Shown one piece after another: positions 36,588 to 48,570 of a stretch of DNA of 64,000 nucleotides (position 1 is its first letter; the number at the start of each line of letters is the position of its first letter). The position numbers were made by a program, and so were the translations under genes. The stretch is from Salisapilia sapeloensis CBS 127946. Lineage: Eukaryota; Protista; Oomycota. The notes under the pieces are model-generated. The model made no database searches, was not told where the DNA came from, and saw nothing but the letters and a program-made list of their open reading frames with translations. The DNA lies in the NCBI GenBank assembly GCA_023334545.1, contig JAADVB010000034.1:42095-106094 (forward strand), written 5' to 3'.

Positions 36588-37417
36588 TCAGTCATCCATA
36601 AAGACGCCCGTGTGGTTCCGAGGGACCGTTGTGATTGAAGTGGGTTTGCGCTTATAGTCTACGTTTCTTTCCTCTCTGCTCGTAGCTTCATCGTGGTTGG
36701 ACGGCGCTAGTTCCTTCTGGCTTGCAATCACCACGGCCGGGTCAGCTGTATACATCCAAGCACGCTGCGAAGCAGTGTCGCGTTGCGGGTCTGAATTGGC
36801 TTTAAACTTTTCTCCGATGCAGCCCGACGCCGCCCGACCTCTTTCCTTGGCTCGACCTCCAGGTCCTCCAGCAGGAACAAGGTTGTCCTTGCAACCGATC
36901 CCGTTTTCAGACGAAGGTGAATGTGAACTCTGGAAGGCAGTGCGGTGTGTCGTGTCGAGATGACGAAGTTGCTGCGACTTGTCTGGCAAAGGAAGCGTGG
37001 AACGGAATCCTCCCGTTCCCGCAACGCCTGTCGTCTGCGCAAAACCTTGTGCTATGGTGGCCTCATTCACCATTCGTGCTTTGCCTGTCTAAATACATCG
37101 AATGTAAGATCAAGTCGGATGGTCTAGAAGGATATATTAGATCACTTACAGCTTTATATTGATTTGGCGAAGCGAAATCGGATCGATTCGTCGTACTGTA
37201 GTCGTTCTATTCTCCACGACATAAAGGCTATGCTTTGGTACTAAAATGCAAAATGATTCTTACCGGTCCATCGTAGGGAACCACTCCATTCAACGGCGAT
37301 TGACGCTCTTCATACCAATTATCTAGAGCCACATCATCCCTTACTTTCGCCACTTGGTAGCAAAGTACAGATTCAATCACCATTTAGAGTATCCTTCTGG
37401 AAGCTTTTAAGCGCCAT
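36588..37417 (-). CDS. Uncharacterised protein with an N-terminal NWxEER motif (possible axonemal microtubule inner protein), 4 exons
   Basis: Spliced N-terminus MALKSFQKDTLNDNWYEERQSP joins the 36588-37073 ORF through three ~57-60 nt introns. Confidence 0.6.
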
Positions 37418-37607
37418 CTTCTCTTGTGAAGTCCAGATAAGGTATATCCTTTTCCTGCCATTGATAAATCTATATTTAGCCTTATCTTACCATTCCCACC
37501 AACTAATAATAGGCACGTTTTCCTCAATTTCGCATTGCTATCTGACTTCGAACCACACCTTGCCACTTAATTCCTCCGCTAAACTAGGAGAAGAGGAGTC
37601 GCAAGTC

Positions 37608-40600
37608 ATGAGTCATCGTTTGTCGCACAATGCGCGGCACACGAACGATCTATTGCAAGAGTTGGAAAGGGACAAAGAGCTGGAAGTGCTTCGAGAGTAC
37701 TTGACGCGGTTTAACCTCTTTCCGCCGAAACGAGACCCGGCTTCGGCTGCCATTCGCTTTGAAGAGTTAAAGGAACTCGTGAAACACTGGAAGTTGCATC
37801 GTCAGCGCAACTTTTGGAAGAATCATGCGACGAAGGAGGATCTCGTTCGGACACTGTATCGCCACATCAACACGAAGATCAAGCCTCAGGAAGCGAGAGA
37901 AGAGGCGAATACTTCGCTTGCTACTGGCGGTCACGCTGCTGCAATGACGTCCATGATATCTCCGACAGCTCCGTCACGTCAGCAGTCTGTTAGTAGATCG
38001 TATCAGGATTCTCCACGCTCCAAGAGCGTTCTGCTGACAACTCCTGACTCATCATCAGGCCCCAACACAACCAAAGTTTTCAATACGTACAAAGGAGATC
38101 TCTTTTCTCAACGTGGTGATTATGAAGATGCTATCATCTACCTCTCACGCTTCAAAAATCCTGGCATCACCGAGATACCAGCGCATACGGAAGTGCAAGA
38201 GAGCAATCAGAACATTTCGGTAGATGAAGAGGAAGAAGATGTGAATGAAGAATTGACTGAACCGTTAAAGGGTAATGACGGTCAGTTGCGTGAAATTCGG
38301 TTGAAACAGGAGTGCGCGTTTAGTATCTACCACTTTTCGACGGAGATCGGAAGCGAGCCACAGATGGTGGCGGAAGGTGTGATGGCTGCGTTGAATCGAC
38401 TCTCTTCCTTTGAAGACACACAAATCAAGCGTTTTTGTGCCGCGACGATACTCAATCTTTCCTGGAATGACTCTATATCCCCACGCATGATTGACGAAGG
38501 AGTCCTTCTAGCTTTACTAGAGCTAGCTAAAGTACAGCATGACGAAGTACGACGGAACACAGCAATGGCGCTTTGCCGTCTCTCCTATGATCGCATAGGT
38601 CAATTTCGCCTTGTACAGGAAGGCTGTGTGTCTGCTATCATTTCCATGCTCAACTCTCCTGAGGACTTGACGAAAGATGCGTGTCTAAAGGCACTCATTA
38701 ACATCGCTTCGTACTCTGGTTCTATGGTTTCCGAAAGTGTCATACAGATTATCCTCAAGCTAAGTACTCGAGACGATGCTACACTATTGCTCGTGATAAC
38801 AGAGTGCATCTACAACCTGTCTTTGCTTACTCAACCACGCGCAAAGGCAATCCAAGACGGACTTTTGGAAACACTACAAGACATTGTGCAGTCTTGTGAA
38901 GACATTGCAGGCAAACGGAATATCGCGACGGCACTCTGTAACTTTTCTGGTCTATCGACTAATCACGATGCTTTGGGCCAAGTGAGTATCCTGGAAACGA
39001 TCCTTAGTCTGCTTGAATGTGACGACAGTGAAACGCACGATCGATGCGCAATCTTCGTTTCCAATTTAGCATCCAACCATTCGTCTCTCATAGCCATTTT
39101 ACACGCCAACATCGTGCCAAAGCTAGTTCATTTGTGCGCCAAAGGCAGCTCCATTGTTCGAGAGAACACTGCGCTTACTTTATCGTACATTGCAGTGGTG
39201 GAGGAAGGTCTAGCTGTCTTGAATAACCCAGAGATCATTTCACTCTTGGTCCTATTTCTCGGTAGCGAAAGCGTCTTGACACGGCAGTATGCTATCACGA
39301 CACTGTGCAGTATCATGGCTGGATCTGCAGCTTCAATGCTGCTCAGTGAGAAGAATATACCGGCAGTACTTGCAAGCATGACTCAAAACGCACAGGAGAA
39401 AACAAAGGAGCTGGCTGCGAACGCGTTGTATAACCTCTCATGCGATGGGAGCGTGTCACACTATCTCTTGACAGAGGAAGTCGTCAGCATCCTTGTGCAC
39501 TTGTGTAAGAAGTTTGTTGTTAACAGTCAAGGTGTACTCGAAGAGGAGAGGCCGTTGACAGGTAAGAATCGGCCACCAGTGACTCTAAATTATACCCAAC
39601 GATGCGCACTCGGGTGCCTTTACAATTTGTCCTTTGATCCAAACAGTCGAACGTTGCTTGTCAAGGCGGGAGTGCTGCCTACTTTGTTTAACATTTTTAA
39701 GCGTCCAGTGAAGAATGAAGACTTGATCAAGCAGTGTGCTACTGTTGTAGCGAATCTGACGTTCGAGCCAGAGGTGCATGCATCGATGATCTCAGATAAT
39801 GCAGTTCCTCTTGTACGCAAGTTGATGCATAGCACGAATCGAGATATACTTCAGTGCTGTGCAATATCTTGCTGTAACCTCGCATTGGAGGCTTTAGAAT
39901 CCACTGCTGTGCTGACGATGCTCGTCGATCTATCTGCAGCTACAGACCCGAAAGTATCGCTCACCTGTGCGTTGGCATTCGCTCGACTTACGTCCCACTC
40001 GGACTATCGGCCGGTGCTTACAAAGTGCCTAGAACTGTACCCAGCACTGATCATCATGATGCGCTGTGGTGTGGAAGAGATCCAAATCTACTCTGCGATT
40101 ACCATTTGCAACCTGGCCGTGGAGCCCAATCCACGATCCCGTCATATTTGGAAGGAAGGCACGGTGCCAGACTTTATCGTGAACTCATTGCTTCGCATTA
40201 ATAGCGACTCGACGAAAGAGATTTGCGCGAGGGCTCTGTTTAATCTGCTAACTCATCACGAGTATAGAATGGCGCACATTAGAGAAGGTGTGTTATATGC
40301 ACTCGTGAAACTTGCACGACTGGAGAGTTATGAGATTCGTTCCTTGTGTATCCTAGTTCTGTACAACCTTTCGTGCGATCCAAACATGGTTAATGTTCTC
40401 ATGGACATTCATACATCGCAAGTAGTAGCAAAGATGTGTGAGATGGAATTTCCCGACGAAAAGCCATATCAGCAGTTGGCAGCATGCCTCATGAACATGG
40501 CTGTGAAGTCGGACATTGCAGTCAGCTTAGTGGGAGATGGCGCCTTGACTGCCGTGCAAGTGCTGTCTGCTTCCAAGGATCGGAATACACGTCGATACTG

Positions 40601-42329
40601 TGCTTCAGTGCTATGCAATTTGTCTGCTGATGAAAGCAATTGCGAAGCGATGGCGTCAAGTCAACTTCTGGAAGTACTTGTGGAGTGCCTGAGCTCAGAG
40701 GAAAACGACCATCGAATGTACGCATTGAATGCTTTGTGCAATATCTCGTGCTCGCAGATGCTACACTACCGCTTAGAAGAAACTGGTGCGATTTCGCGAG
40801 TGTTGGCACTGCTTCCTCTTGCCGAAAAGCACAAGATCTTTTTCTCTTGTATCCGCATGCTGCATAATTTGACATACCATACCAAGTACAGCAACTTGAT
40901 GGTGGAGCAAGATGTGATTGCAAGTCTCATTGAAGTGTTTTCAAAAGCTGATATATCGGTTGAGGAAGTCGACTTGGTCGTGAGCATGCTCTCGGTATTG
41001 TGTGGCGAAGTTGACGTGTGGGATGCTTTAATTAAAAAAGGTGCTGTTCGACTCCTCTGTCTTATGTCGAAGAAATGCTCAGCAGCGTCAAAAGAAACAT
41101 GCATCTACTCGTTGAGTCAGTTAGCGAGACATGAAGCTGGTAGAAAGACTGTTCTGGATGACGGTGCTTTAAACATCCTAGCATCAATCTTCATCGATGA
41201 GTACGAGCAACCCATGGAAGTTAAAACTGTGACTACAGAAGAAGGGGCATTTATCCTACGCGCACTAGCTACTTCTTCCTCCTGTACGGAATCTCTGTTA
41301 GCTGATACTAGACTCGTGCCGTTGCTACAGAGCGTTACGTCCGCTGAGCGTCGAGATGCCTGTAAGCATGCTGTGATTGCTATATATGGTCTCAGTGCGT
41401 CGAAGAGTCCAGCACTGGCAGCACTAGTTGATGTTGGGATCGAACCGATCATCGTTCATCTAGCCTCAGTTTGTGGCAGTGATATGGCTCCTATCTGTGC
41501 TACATCTCTCTCGCGTATCAAGGCTAGTGAAACTACGGAAGAAGGTGAAGCTGAAGCTACGGTACCTGTGTCTCCACCGTCTTCGCCGTCGAGGAAAATG
41601 AAATCTGGCATCATTGCCACACTTTTGACGATGGTAGACCTGGATCCGAACTCGATTCAAAAGATGGACAAGACGACGACGATCGTGCCACCGGCACCTG
41701 AAGCGTCTACTCGCCCTCGAGACGACACTTGGAAGTTCTATGAAGGAGTTACCTTTCATGATCTACAACCTCCTTTGGACGTTTGCTGGGAAGTACAAAA
41801 TTCCCCAGTAAACGACGAGCAGTTTGTGCCTAGCGCGCCGGACACTTTCCTGCATTACCTGTCGCCAGTCGTACCAACATCTACTGCAACATTGCAGGAA
41901 AAGTTATGTGGTGAGTTCCGCATAATGAGAGTTTCTCACGATAAAGTGTACGTCAAAGGCAATGACATCGATCTCGAGACTGGTGAAGAGCCGGGAGAAA
42001 ATGCAGATGACACTTTGGCGAATGCCATTTCGAACGCACTTGTGGATGTTCCGATGCCCATGAACCCAAATCTGGCGTCAAATAGTATGTCGAATGATGA
42101 AAACGAAGCGGACGAATTGCGGAAGGCATCTCCGATGGTGAAGACAAAGAGTTTCCGCGCTGTTGCGAGTCTTGTTCGAGTCGCTAGTCGATCTAGTATA
42201 AGCAAGCAGAACCCGACCAAGAACTTTGCGAAACGAGGCAGTAGCTCTGCATTGACAGGCGGAAAGCCGACAAAAGATACACCTCGAAAGCAGAACGGTC
42301 AAAACGGGACGACACTCCCAAAGCTATAG
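37608..42329 (+). CDS. Large intronless armadillo-repeat protein (~1570 aa)
   Basis: More than 20 ARM-like repeats (CAATILNLS, TAMALCRLS, AANALYNLS, CARALFNLL, CASVLCNLS). The start is placed at MSHRLS; the 5' ORF extension is AT-rich and probably non-coding. Confidence 0.85.
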   Translation: MSHRLSHNARHTNDLLQELERDKELEVLREYLTRFNLFPPKRDPASAAIRFEELKELVKHWKLHRQRNFWKNHATKEDLVRTLYRHINTKIKPQEAREEANTSLATGGHAAAMTSMISPTAPSRQQSVSRSYQDSPRSKSVLLTTPDSSSGPNTTKVFNTYKGDLFSQRGDYEDAIIYLSRFKNPGITEIPAHTEVQESNQNISVDEEEEDVNEELTEPLKGNDGQLREIRLKQECAFSIYHFSTEIGSEPQMVAEGVMAALNRLSSFEDTQIKRFCAATILNLSWNDSISPRMIDEGVLLALLELAKVQHDEVRRNTAMALCRLSYDRIGQFRLVQEGCVSAIISMLNSPEDLTKDACLKALINIASYSGSMVSESVIQIILKLSTRDDATLLLVITECIYNLSLLTQPRAKAIQDGLLETLQDIVQSCEDIAGKRNIATALCNFSGLSTNHDALGQVSILETILSLLECDDSETHDRCAIFVSNLASNHSSLIAILHANIVPKLVHLCAKGSSIVRENTALTLSYIAVVEEGLAVLNNPEIISLLVLFLGSESVLTRQYAITTLCSIMAGSAASMLLSEKNIPAVLASMTQNAQEKTKELAANALYNLSCDGSVSHYLLTEEVVSILVHLCKKFVVNSQGVLEEERPLTGKNRPPVTLNYTQRCALGCLYNLSFDPNSRTLLVKAGVLPTLFNIFKRPVKNEDLIKQCATVVANLTFEPEVHASMISDNAVPLVRKLMHSTNRDILQCCAISCCNLALEALESTAVLTMLVDLSAATDPKVSLTCALAFARLTSHSDYRPVLTKCLELYPALIIMMRCGVEEIQIYSAITICNLAVEPNPRSRHIWKEGTVPDFIVNSLLRINSDSTKEICARALFNLLTHHEYRMAHIREGVLYALVKLARLESYEIRSLCILVLYNLSCDPNMVNVLMDIHTSQVVAKMCEMEFPDEKPYQQLAACLMNMAVKSDIAVSLVGDGALTAVQVLSASKDRNTRRYCASVLCNLSADESNCEAMASSQLLEVLVECLSSEENDHRMYALNALCNISCSQMLHYRLEETGAISRVLALLPLAEKHKIFFSCIRMLHNLTYHTKYSNLMVEQDVIASLIEVFSKADISVEEVDLVVSMLSVLCGEVDVWDALIKKGAVRLLCLMSKKCSAASKETCIYSLSQLARHEAGRKTVLDDGALNILASIFIDEYEQPMEVKTVTTEEGAFILRALATSSSCTESLLADTRLVPLLQSVTSAERRDACKHAVIAIYGLSASKSPALAALVDVGIEPIIVHLASVCGSDMAPICATSLSRIKASETTEEGEAEATVPVSPPSSPSRKMKSGIIATLLTMVDLDPNSIQKMDKTTTIVPPAPEASTRPRDDTWKFYEGVTFHDLQPPLDVCWEVQNSPVNDEQFVPSAPDTFLHYLSPVVPTSTATLQEKLCGEFRIMRVSHDKVYVKGNDIDLETGEEPGENADDTLANAISNALVDVPMPMNPNLASNSMSNDENEADELRKASPMVKTKSFRAVASLVRVASRSSISKQNPTKNFAKRGSSSALTGGKPTKDTPRKQNGQNGTTLPKL

Positions 42330-42366
42330 AGCTACGACGACAAGATTATACAAATGAATGCATATG

Positions 42367-42870
42367 CTACACATCTTGTTTCTGTGTCTCTTTGATCTCT
42401 TTAATGGCTTTTCGAAGCTTCTCTGACTTGATAGAATCTATACCAAACGCATTTCCTTCCACGTACACGCTTGAAAGCTTTGGCAATGCTTCTAACGCTT
42501 CTTCTGGCAAGTCTTTTAGCTGATTATGTCGCAAATCTAGCGTTTCCAAGTTCTGCAGCTGCTCCACTGCTGCTGGTAGAGCTTTCAATGCATTGTTCGA
42601 TGCATTTAAGTACTTCAGTTTCGACAGTTTAAACACTTGTTCAGGCAGATCCGGAAGAGCATTCCTCGAGACATCCATCGTCTGGACTTCCGGTGATCGC
42701 TCCAGTGCCAAGGCTAATCGACAGACACAAGCTTCGCCCACTCGCTCACACATGAGATTCTTACAGACTAAGTCTTCCGACGAGACCAGTTCAAGTGCAC
42801 CGACGCCATTGCCCCGAGCCACATCACGTAGAGACCGCGCTACTCGCTGCACCACCTTCCGTTCCATCAA
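42367..42870 (-). CDS. Small leucine-rich-repeat protein
   Basis: MDVSRNALPDLP, LKYLNASNNALKALP, LETLDLRHNQLKDLP, LSSVYVEGN. Confidence 0.85.
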   Translation of the reverse strand: MMERKVVQRVARSLRDVARGNGVGALELVSSEDLVCKNLMCERVGEACVCRLALALERSPEVQTMDVSRNALPDLPEQVFKLSKLKYLNASNNALKALPAAVEQLQNLETLDLRHNQLKDLPEEALEALPKLSSVYVEGNAFGIDSIKSEKLRKAIKEIKETQKQDV

Positions 42871-42960
42871 GTCGTGTCACGATTGCCTGTCATATATTAA
42901 TATATACCAGACACGCATTTATCCGATCCACATATTTTATCGCGGTAGTCGGCAGTCGAC

Positions 42961-45900
42961 ATGCTGCGTCTAGCTCGGCACCGTGCATCTTTTTCACGGT
43001 CTATTCGGTCTACATTCGTCTATGATATAGTCCGGTGCTTGCATGATGCCCCAAAACTACCACTTGAATTAAGGAATCGAGTCAAGTCGGCGCCACTTGC
43101 TAGTGCATATGACCCAGCTAGTGTCGAAGATGGATGGCAACAGTATTGGCAGCAATCCATGAAAGCAGACAGTGGTAGCGACAAGAGCTTTTCCATGCTA
43201 CTTCCTCCTCCGAACGTTACTGGAGCATTGCACATTGGACATGCATTGACAATCACCATCCAAGACACGCTTGCTCGATGGCACCGTATGCGAGGCTACG
43301 ATGTGCATTGGGTGCCTGGTCTCGATCATGCTGGAATTGCAACTCAAGTAGCTATATGACTGTAGCTGTATGTGCTCATGAAACTTATAGAGTGAGATAT
43401 AGAGTGTAGTAGAGCGTAAGCTGCAAAAGGAGACTGGCCAATCGAGGCACGACCTCGGTCGCGAGGCTTTTGTTGAGCAGGTGTGGGACTGGAACGAGCG
43501 ATATGGGGGTCGTATCATGGATCAGATCGACAGTCTCGGAGCTACGATTGACAAAAGCCACTCTTTCTTCACACTAGACGCAGAGCGATCGGAAGCGGTC
43601 AATGAGGCCTTTGTACGCTTGTATGAAAAGGGTTTGATAAGTCGTAAACGTCGCATGGTCAATTGGTACGTTGTCAAAGTAGAGCTGGGAGCAAGTACAG
43701 TAGTTTGACCCATTCGATAGGTGTCCAACCTTGCATACGGCCATCTCGGACATTGAGGTGGACACAGAGTCTTTGGAAGGACCGACGAAAAAGTTGCTCC
43801 CAGGACGCACTCGACCAGTGGAGTTTGGTGTCATGCATCGCTTCAAGTACAAAGTTCGTGCTTCTATCGCTTATATTAATCGTTGCATGGGTTGCTAATA
43901 CGAGTACGCTGTCCTCTTTTAGCTATCCGACTCGGATGACGTGTTAGAAGTGGATACGACTCGGCCAGAAACGATGTTTGGAGATGTCGCTGTAGCTGTG
44001 CATCCTGAAGACGACCGGTACAAACATTTTATCGGCAAAAACGTGCTGCATCCGTACACGCAGAAGCCGATACCAGTGGTCGGCGACGCTGAACTAGTCA
44101 ACATGGAACTCGGCACAGGTTCGTTTCCACAACAGCTACGATATCCACAACTAGACTCATCTCATCGACTCTGATCGTAGGTGTTGTGAAGGTCACTCCT
44201 GCGCATGATCCAAAGGACTATGAATGTGGTAAAAGACTCGGTCTTGAAGAAATAGAGATTATAGATGGTCAAGGAAAGTTGTGCGGCGACATTGACGCAG
44301 CTTATATCGGGATGGACCGATTCGACGCTCGTGCTAAACTACTCGAAGAGCTTGAAGGCAACGACACGTATATTGGCAAGGTATAGAACCCAGCCATACA
44401 TCGTCCATTTCTTTTACTAACCGTTCTGTACACAGTTTGCCCATCCAACGTCTCTCTCCATTTGCTCTCGATCTGGTGATATCATTGAACCTCTCTTGAT
44501 GCCGCAATGGTTTGTCAATTGCGACGAAATGGCATCAAGAGCTGCCTCTCACGTCCGCGATGGAAGCCTCGCGATCGAACCATCGAGTCATAACCACATG
44601 TGGTTTTACTTTTTAGACAACATCCAGGACTGGTGCATCAGTCGGCAGCTTTGGTGGGGTCATCGTATTCCTGCCTATCGTGTACGCAGCAGCAAAGCCT
44701 CTCACTCGAGTGACACTTGGGTCGTTGCCAAGAGTAGAGAGGAAGCGAGGGAGAAGGCAGAGAAACAGTTGGGCGTTCCTGTTGATGACAGTGAGTTGGA
44801 GCAAGACCCCGACGTGCTGGACACTTGGTTCAGCTCTGGACTCTTGCCTCTGTCTGCGATGGGTTGGCCAGGCACCGTCGATAGTCCACCGTCGAACAAG
44901 TACCCGCTGAGTGTCATGGAGACTGGGTCTGATATTTTGTTCTTCTGGGTGGCTCGAATGGCGATGCTGTGTGAAGAGTTCTCTGGCCAACTTCCTTTTG
45001 AGAAGATCTTGTTGCATCCCATGGTTCGCGACAAGAGTGGACGTAAGATGTCCAAGAGTCTGGGCAACGTCATTGACCCTTTGCACGTCATCAACGGCAT
45101 GAGCCTTGATGACTTACTGACCAACATGAAGGTATGCTGCTCAAGTGATGAAAGCGTTAGACGTTATAGGCTGAACTGTCTTGTTGAATGGGTTTCTAGG
45201 GTGGCAACATTGGTGAGAAGGAGCTACAAAAGGCTGAAAAGGAGCTCAAGAAAGAGTTCCCAAAGGGTATTCCGTCCTGTGGTACGGACGCTCTACGATT
45301 CACTCTGGCGTCTTACTTGCAGCAAGGTATGTATACGAGTACTAGTGGTGGCGGGCCGTGTCTAATGGATGTATTGAATACAGGTCGACAGATCAATATG
45401 GACGTCCAACGTGTCGTGTCGTACCGACACTTCTGCAACAAAGTATGGAACGCCGTGCGCTATGCTCTTCCTCTTCTCGAGACGACTTCGATCCAATCGT
45501 CCAGTGCGCACACCTTGGAGGACATGAAAAGCGACATGGGTCTCGTCGACCGATGGATTCTTAGCAAACTCGTACGTGTGGATTATACAGTATCATAGGG
45601 ATAAAAGCTCAATGTGCCATGTTCTAGGCTCGAGTCGTCATGGCAACGAATAATGGGATTGAAAGCAACCAGCTAGCGTCCAGTGTGTCATCTCTCCAGT
45701 CCTTCTACGTCCAAGAGCTCTGCGATGTCTATATTGAATACAGCAAGCCTGTGTTGTATGGAAATCGGATCGACGTGTCTGAATTCGGAAGCGCGGAAGC
45801 GCTGGAGAAGCGACAGTTGGCTTCCCAAGCAACGCTCCACCGGTGTCTAGACTATTCAATGAGACTACTGCATCCATTCACGCCTTTTGTGACGGAAGAA

Positions 45901-46744
45901 CTATGGTAAGCTTTATGTACATGACTGTTGACTTGATGGCAGAGTACTAAATGAGTATAATGGTGGATAGGCAACGTATTCGGGAGTATGATCCGCTCAG
46001 TGGGTCGGACGAAAGCACTCGTGATACGTCCATTCTACTAGCAAAGTACCCAGAAGAAGCTGACGTTGCGTCCTGGATTGACGAGGAAGCAGAGAACCAA
46101 ATGGAGGTAATTGTTGAGTACTATTCGATTAAGTAGAACGTGATAGCTCATGTACGTACGCACTCATAGCTTGTGCTGAATGTCGTCCATGGTATTCGAT
46201 CTCTCAAGCATACGATCAAGAAGCTCGCTCCTGATGCTGCGTCTGACATGTATCTATCCTAGCACTCTTTTTAATCATATGCATCTCTCATATCAGTGGT
46301 GATAGGAACTTTGTGGCGCAGATAGTGAGCACGGACGAATCCACTACTAGCTGCATTCAAAACGCAGTGAAAGACATTGAGCGGCAAAGCAGGTCTTCCA
46401 CGGAACTATCAGCTAGTACCGAAGCATTGCTTCGTGCAGACACATCTCGTGCTATGCTGGCAAACTCTATTTCCGATACTTGTCGAGTGCTCATGCCAGT
46501 ACCAAAGGATGCAGACACTTCATCGAGAGTGAAGCAAGAGCTGCAGCGACTTCGAAAGCGCGCAGAGAAAGCTGAAAAGGCGTTGGACGGAATTAAGCGA
46601 CGGAGGAGTGAGCCGCAGTACGCTGTAAAAGTACCAGAGCAAGTACAGGCGCAGGATTTAGATCGACAGAACCAACAAGAGACAGAACTACATGCGACTA
46701 GAAAGTCGATAGAAGCATTAGAGGATCTGGAGCAGCAATACTGA
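42961..46744 (+). CDS. VARS: Valyl-tRNA synthetase, probably mitochondrial, ~11 introns
   Basis: [91 protein letters not shown]-terminus is Arg/Ser-rich and acid-poor ([16 protein letters not shown]). Confidence 0.95.
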
Positions 46745-46811
46745 TGTGAACAAGCTCAATCACGTCTGGATTTCTTGTTTTCTGTACACTTGCATCAAGT
46801 TCTATTGACGT

Positions 46812-47525
46812 CTATAGCCGAGCCGTCGGTGCGTCTTGCGTCATGAGCAGGAGCTCTCGAGCCACCGTCTCGTATACTTGCGGATGGCGTCGGACGGAAG
46901 GGAATTTGTGTCCTTCATCATGCTCCAGCAGTACCTTGTGACAGCCTTGGTCTTCCCCAGCGTAGACTTTGTAGAGTTTTCTAGACAAGTGCACGTTGAA
47001 ATCCTTCTCGCCGTACACGTGGATGGATGGTACGTTAATCGTTTTGTACGTGCCATCGGCATCTGCAAGATATGGAAGCACTTCGACTCCTCTCGGCGGG
47101 AATCCAGCAACCAACACAGCAACCTTCCATGGCACCGTTCCTGTATGGTGCAAGAAGTAGGCATTTAGGATTGTGATGAGTCCAGAGCCTTGTGAGAAGC
47201 CGAGGATGGCGTCAAACGGACCATCCTTTTCGATTTTCTCTTTCACATACTCGATGGACTGTTCAACGCCTTTGAATGAGTACTTGGACTCCCCGCCTTC
47301 GACCTCTTCAAGCTTGACAGAATCGAACCACTGGTTATAATTGCCTTGTTTCGGGTAGTACTCTTGCACGTCCTCTGGCACTTTTCCCGTCGCAGCATGT
47401 GGAGCATCTAGAAAGTCCCACTCGGCCGCATCCCCAAGCTGCTTTTGCAAACTCCTCGATTGGTGCGCTAGAATGCGGCCGTTAGTGCGCCAACCGTGGA
47501 GGCAAAGTACTCGAATAGGTCCCAT
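46812..47525 (-). CDS. FSH1/OVCA2-family serine hydrolase, copy A, with C-terminal PTS1-like ARL
   Basis: VLCLHGWRTN, GPFDAILGFSQG, PSIHVYGEKD, HDEGHKFP; ends PTARL*. Confidence 0.9.
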   Translation of the reverse strand: MGPIRVLCLHGWRTNGRILAHQSRSLQKQLGDAAEWDFLDAPHAATGKVPEDVQEYYPKQGNYNQWFDSVKLEEVEGGESKYSFKGVEQSIEYVKEKIEKDGPFDAILGFSQGSGLITILNAYFLHHTGTVPWKVAVLVAGFPPRGVEVLPYLADADGTYKTINVPSIHVYGEKDFNVHLSRKLYKVYAGEDQGCHKVLLEHDEGHKFPSVRRHPQVYETVARELLLMTQDAPTARL

Positions 47526-47709
47526 TGCGCAAATGCGAGTCAAGCAGAGATGTAAGCAGCACAAAAGGGTTGACGTAAGCGAATTGACTGTACATATGAC
47601 GAGTACTTCAACTTGGTGTATCCCATGATGTCATAGCTACATGTACTATCCCTTACACGTCGTACCTCGGTGCGGGACTTGCATTTTCAAAGTCTCCATT
47701 TCTTTCAAA

Positions 47710-48423
47710 ATGGGGCGAATGCGCGTACTCTGTTTGCACGGATGGCATGCGAATGGGGAGATTACGAAAAACAAATGAAAGGACTGCATGAGCAGCTTGG
47801 TGATCGAGTCAAATGGGTATATCTAACTTGTACATTTCCTGCGACTGGAGAAATCCCGAAACAGTTCCAAGTGTTCTATCCGAAGGGTGAGACGCTTTAT
47901 CAGTGGTGGGAAGCTGTTCAGCACGAAGAACGCGATAAAGAAGGAGATCGACTAAGTACTTGAAATGTGTTCCGGAGGCGATCGCGTTTGTGCAGAAAAC
48001 TGTTCAAGAGCAAGGTCCATTCGACGCTATGCTTGGCTTCTCTCAAGGAGCAGGACTAGTTGCCATCACGAATGCTCATTATCTCGCGCGTTAAGGTAAG
48101 GTGCCGTGGAATTTTGCAGTGCTGGTCAGTGGTTTCCTCCAAAGGCACAGGACGTCTATTATTTAATCAAGAACGATGATGGGTCGTACAAAGTCCTCCA
48201 GGTTCCGTCCATTCATGTCTTTGGCACAAACGATATTGTCAGCTCAAGCTTTAATCAAGTCTTTGACATGTACGCTGGTCTAGACAAAGGATGTTGGAGG
48301 GTAAAGCTCGTGCATAAAGAAGGCTGCCATTTCCCGTCTGCCAAGCGGAACATTGCGTTTTACAAAACGTTTGCGAACGAGTTGCTGCGCATGGCAGAGG
48401 GAACGCCTACAGCACGACTATAA
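47710..48423 (+). pseudogene. Disrupted FSH1-family serine hydrolase, copy B
   Basis: MGRMRVLCLHGWHAN...GPFDAMLGFSQG...PSIHVFGTND...HKEGCHFP...PTARL* is recoverable only across frameshifts at ~47770, ~47953 and ~48137 plus an in-frame TAA at 48092-48094. Confidence 0.85.
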
Positions 48424-48570
48424 ACCGTAGCTTTATCCAACTACTGAATCGAGCTGTCAAATGTCAATCAAAACTATACATCACTTCTCCGTTTTCTGGA
48501 TTTAAAATTGCGTAACAGAAGTCGTGTATTTTTGAGCTCTAAAGGAAATTGGTAACGCTTATGTAGGTGT

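Noticed and set aside
37444-37453. ATATCCTTTT, a possible U12 AT-AC donor upstream of the ARM gene
   Set aside because: It is in a promoter/UTR gap with no reading-frame test and no convincing branch plus AC acceptor.
37461-37607. Non-ATG N-terminal extensions in the ORF track (also 30017, 47526-47564, 53470, 62616)
   Set aside because: They start at alternative codons or precede clear signal peptides or conserved starts; treated as UTR.
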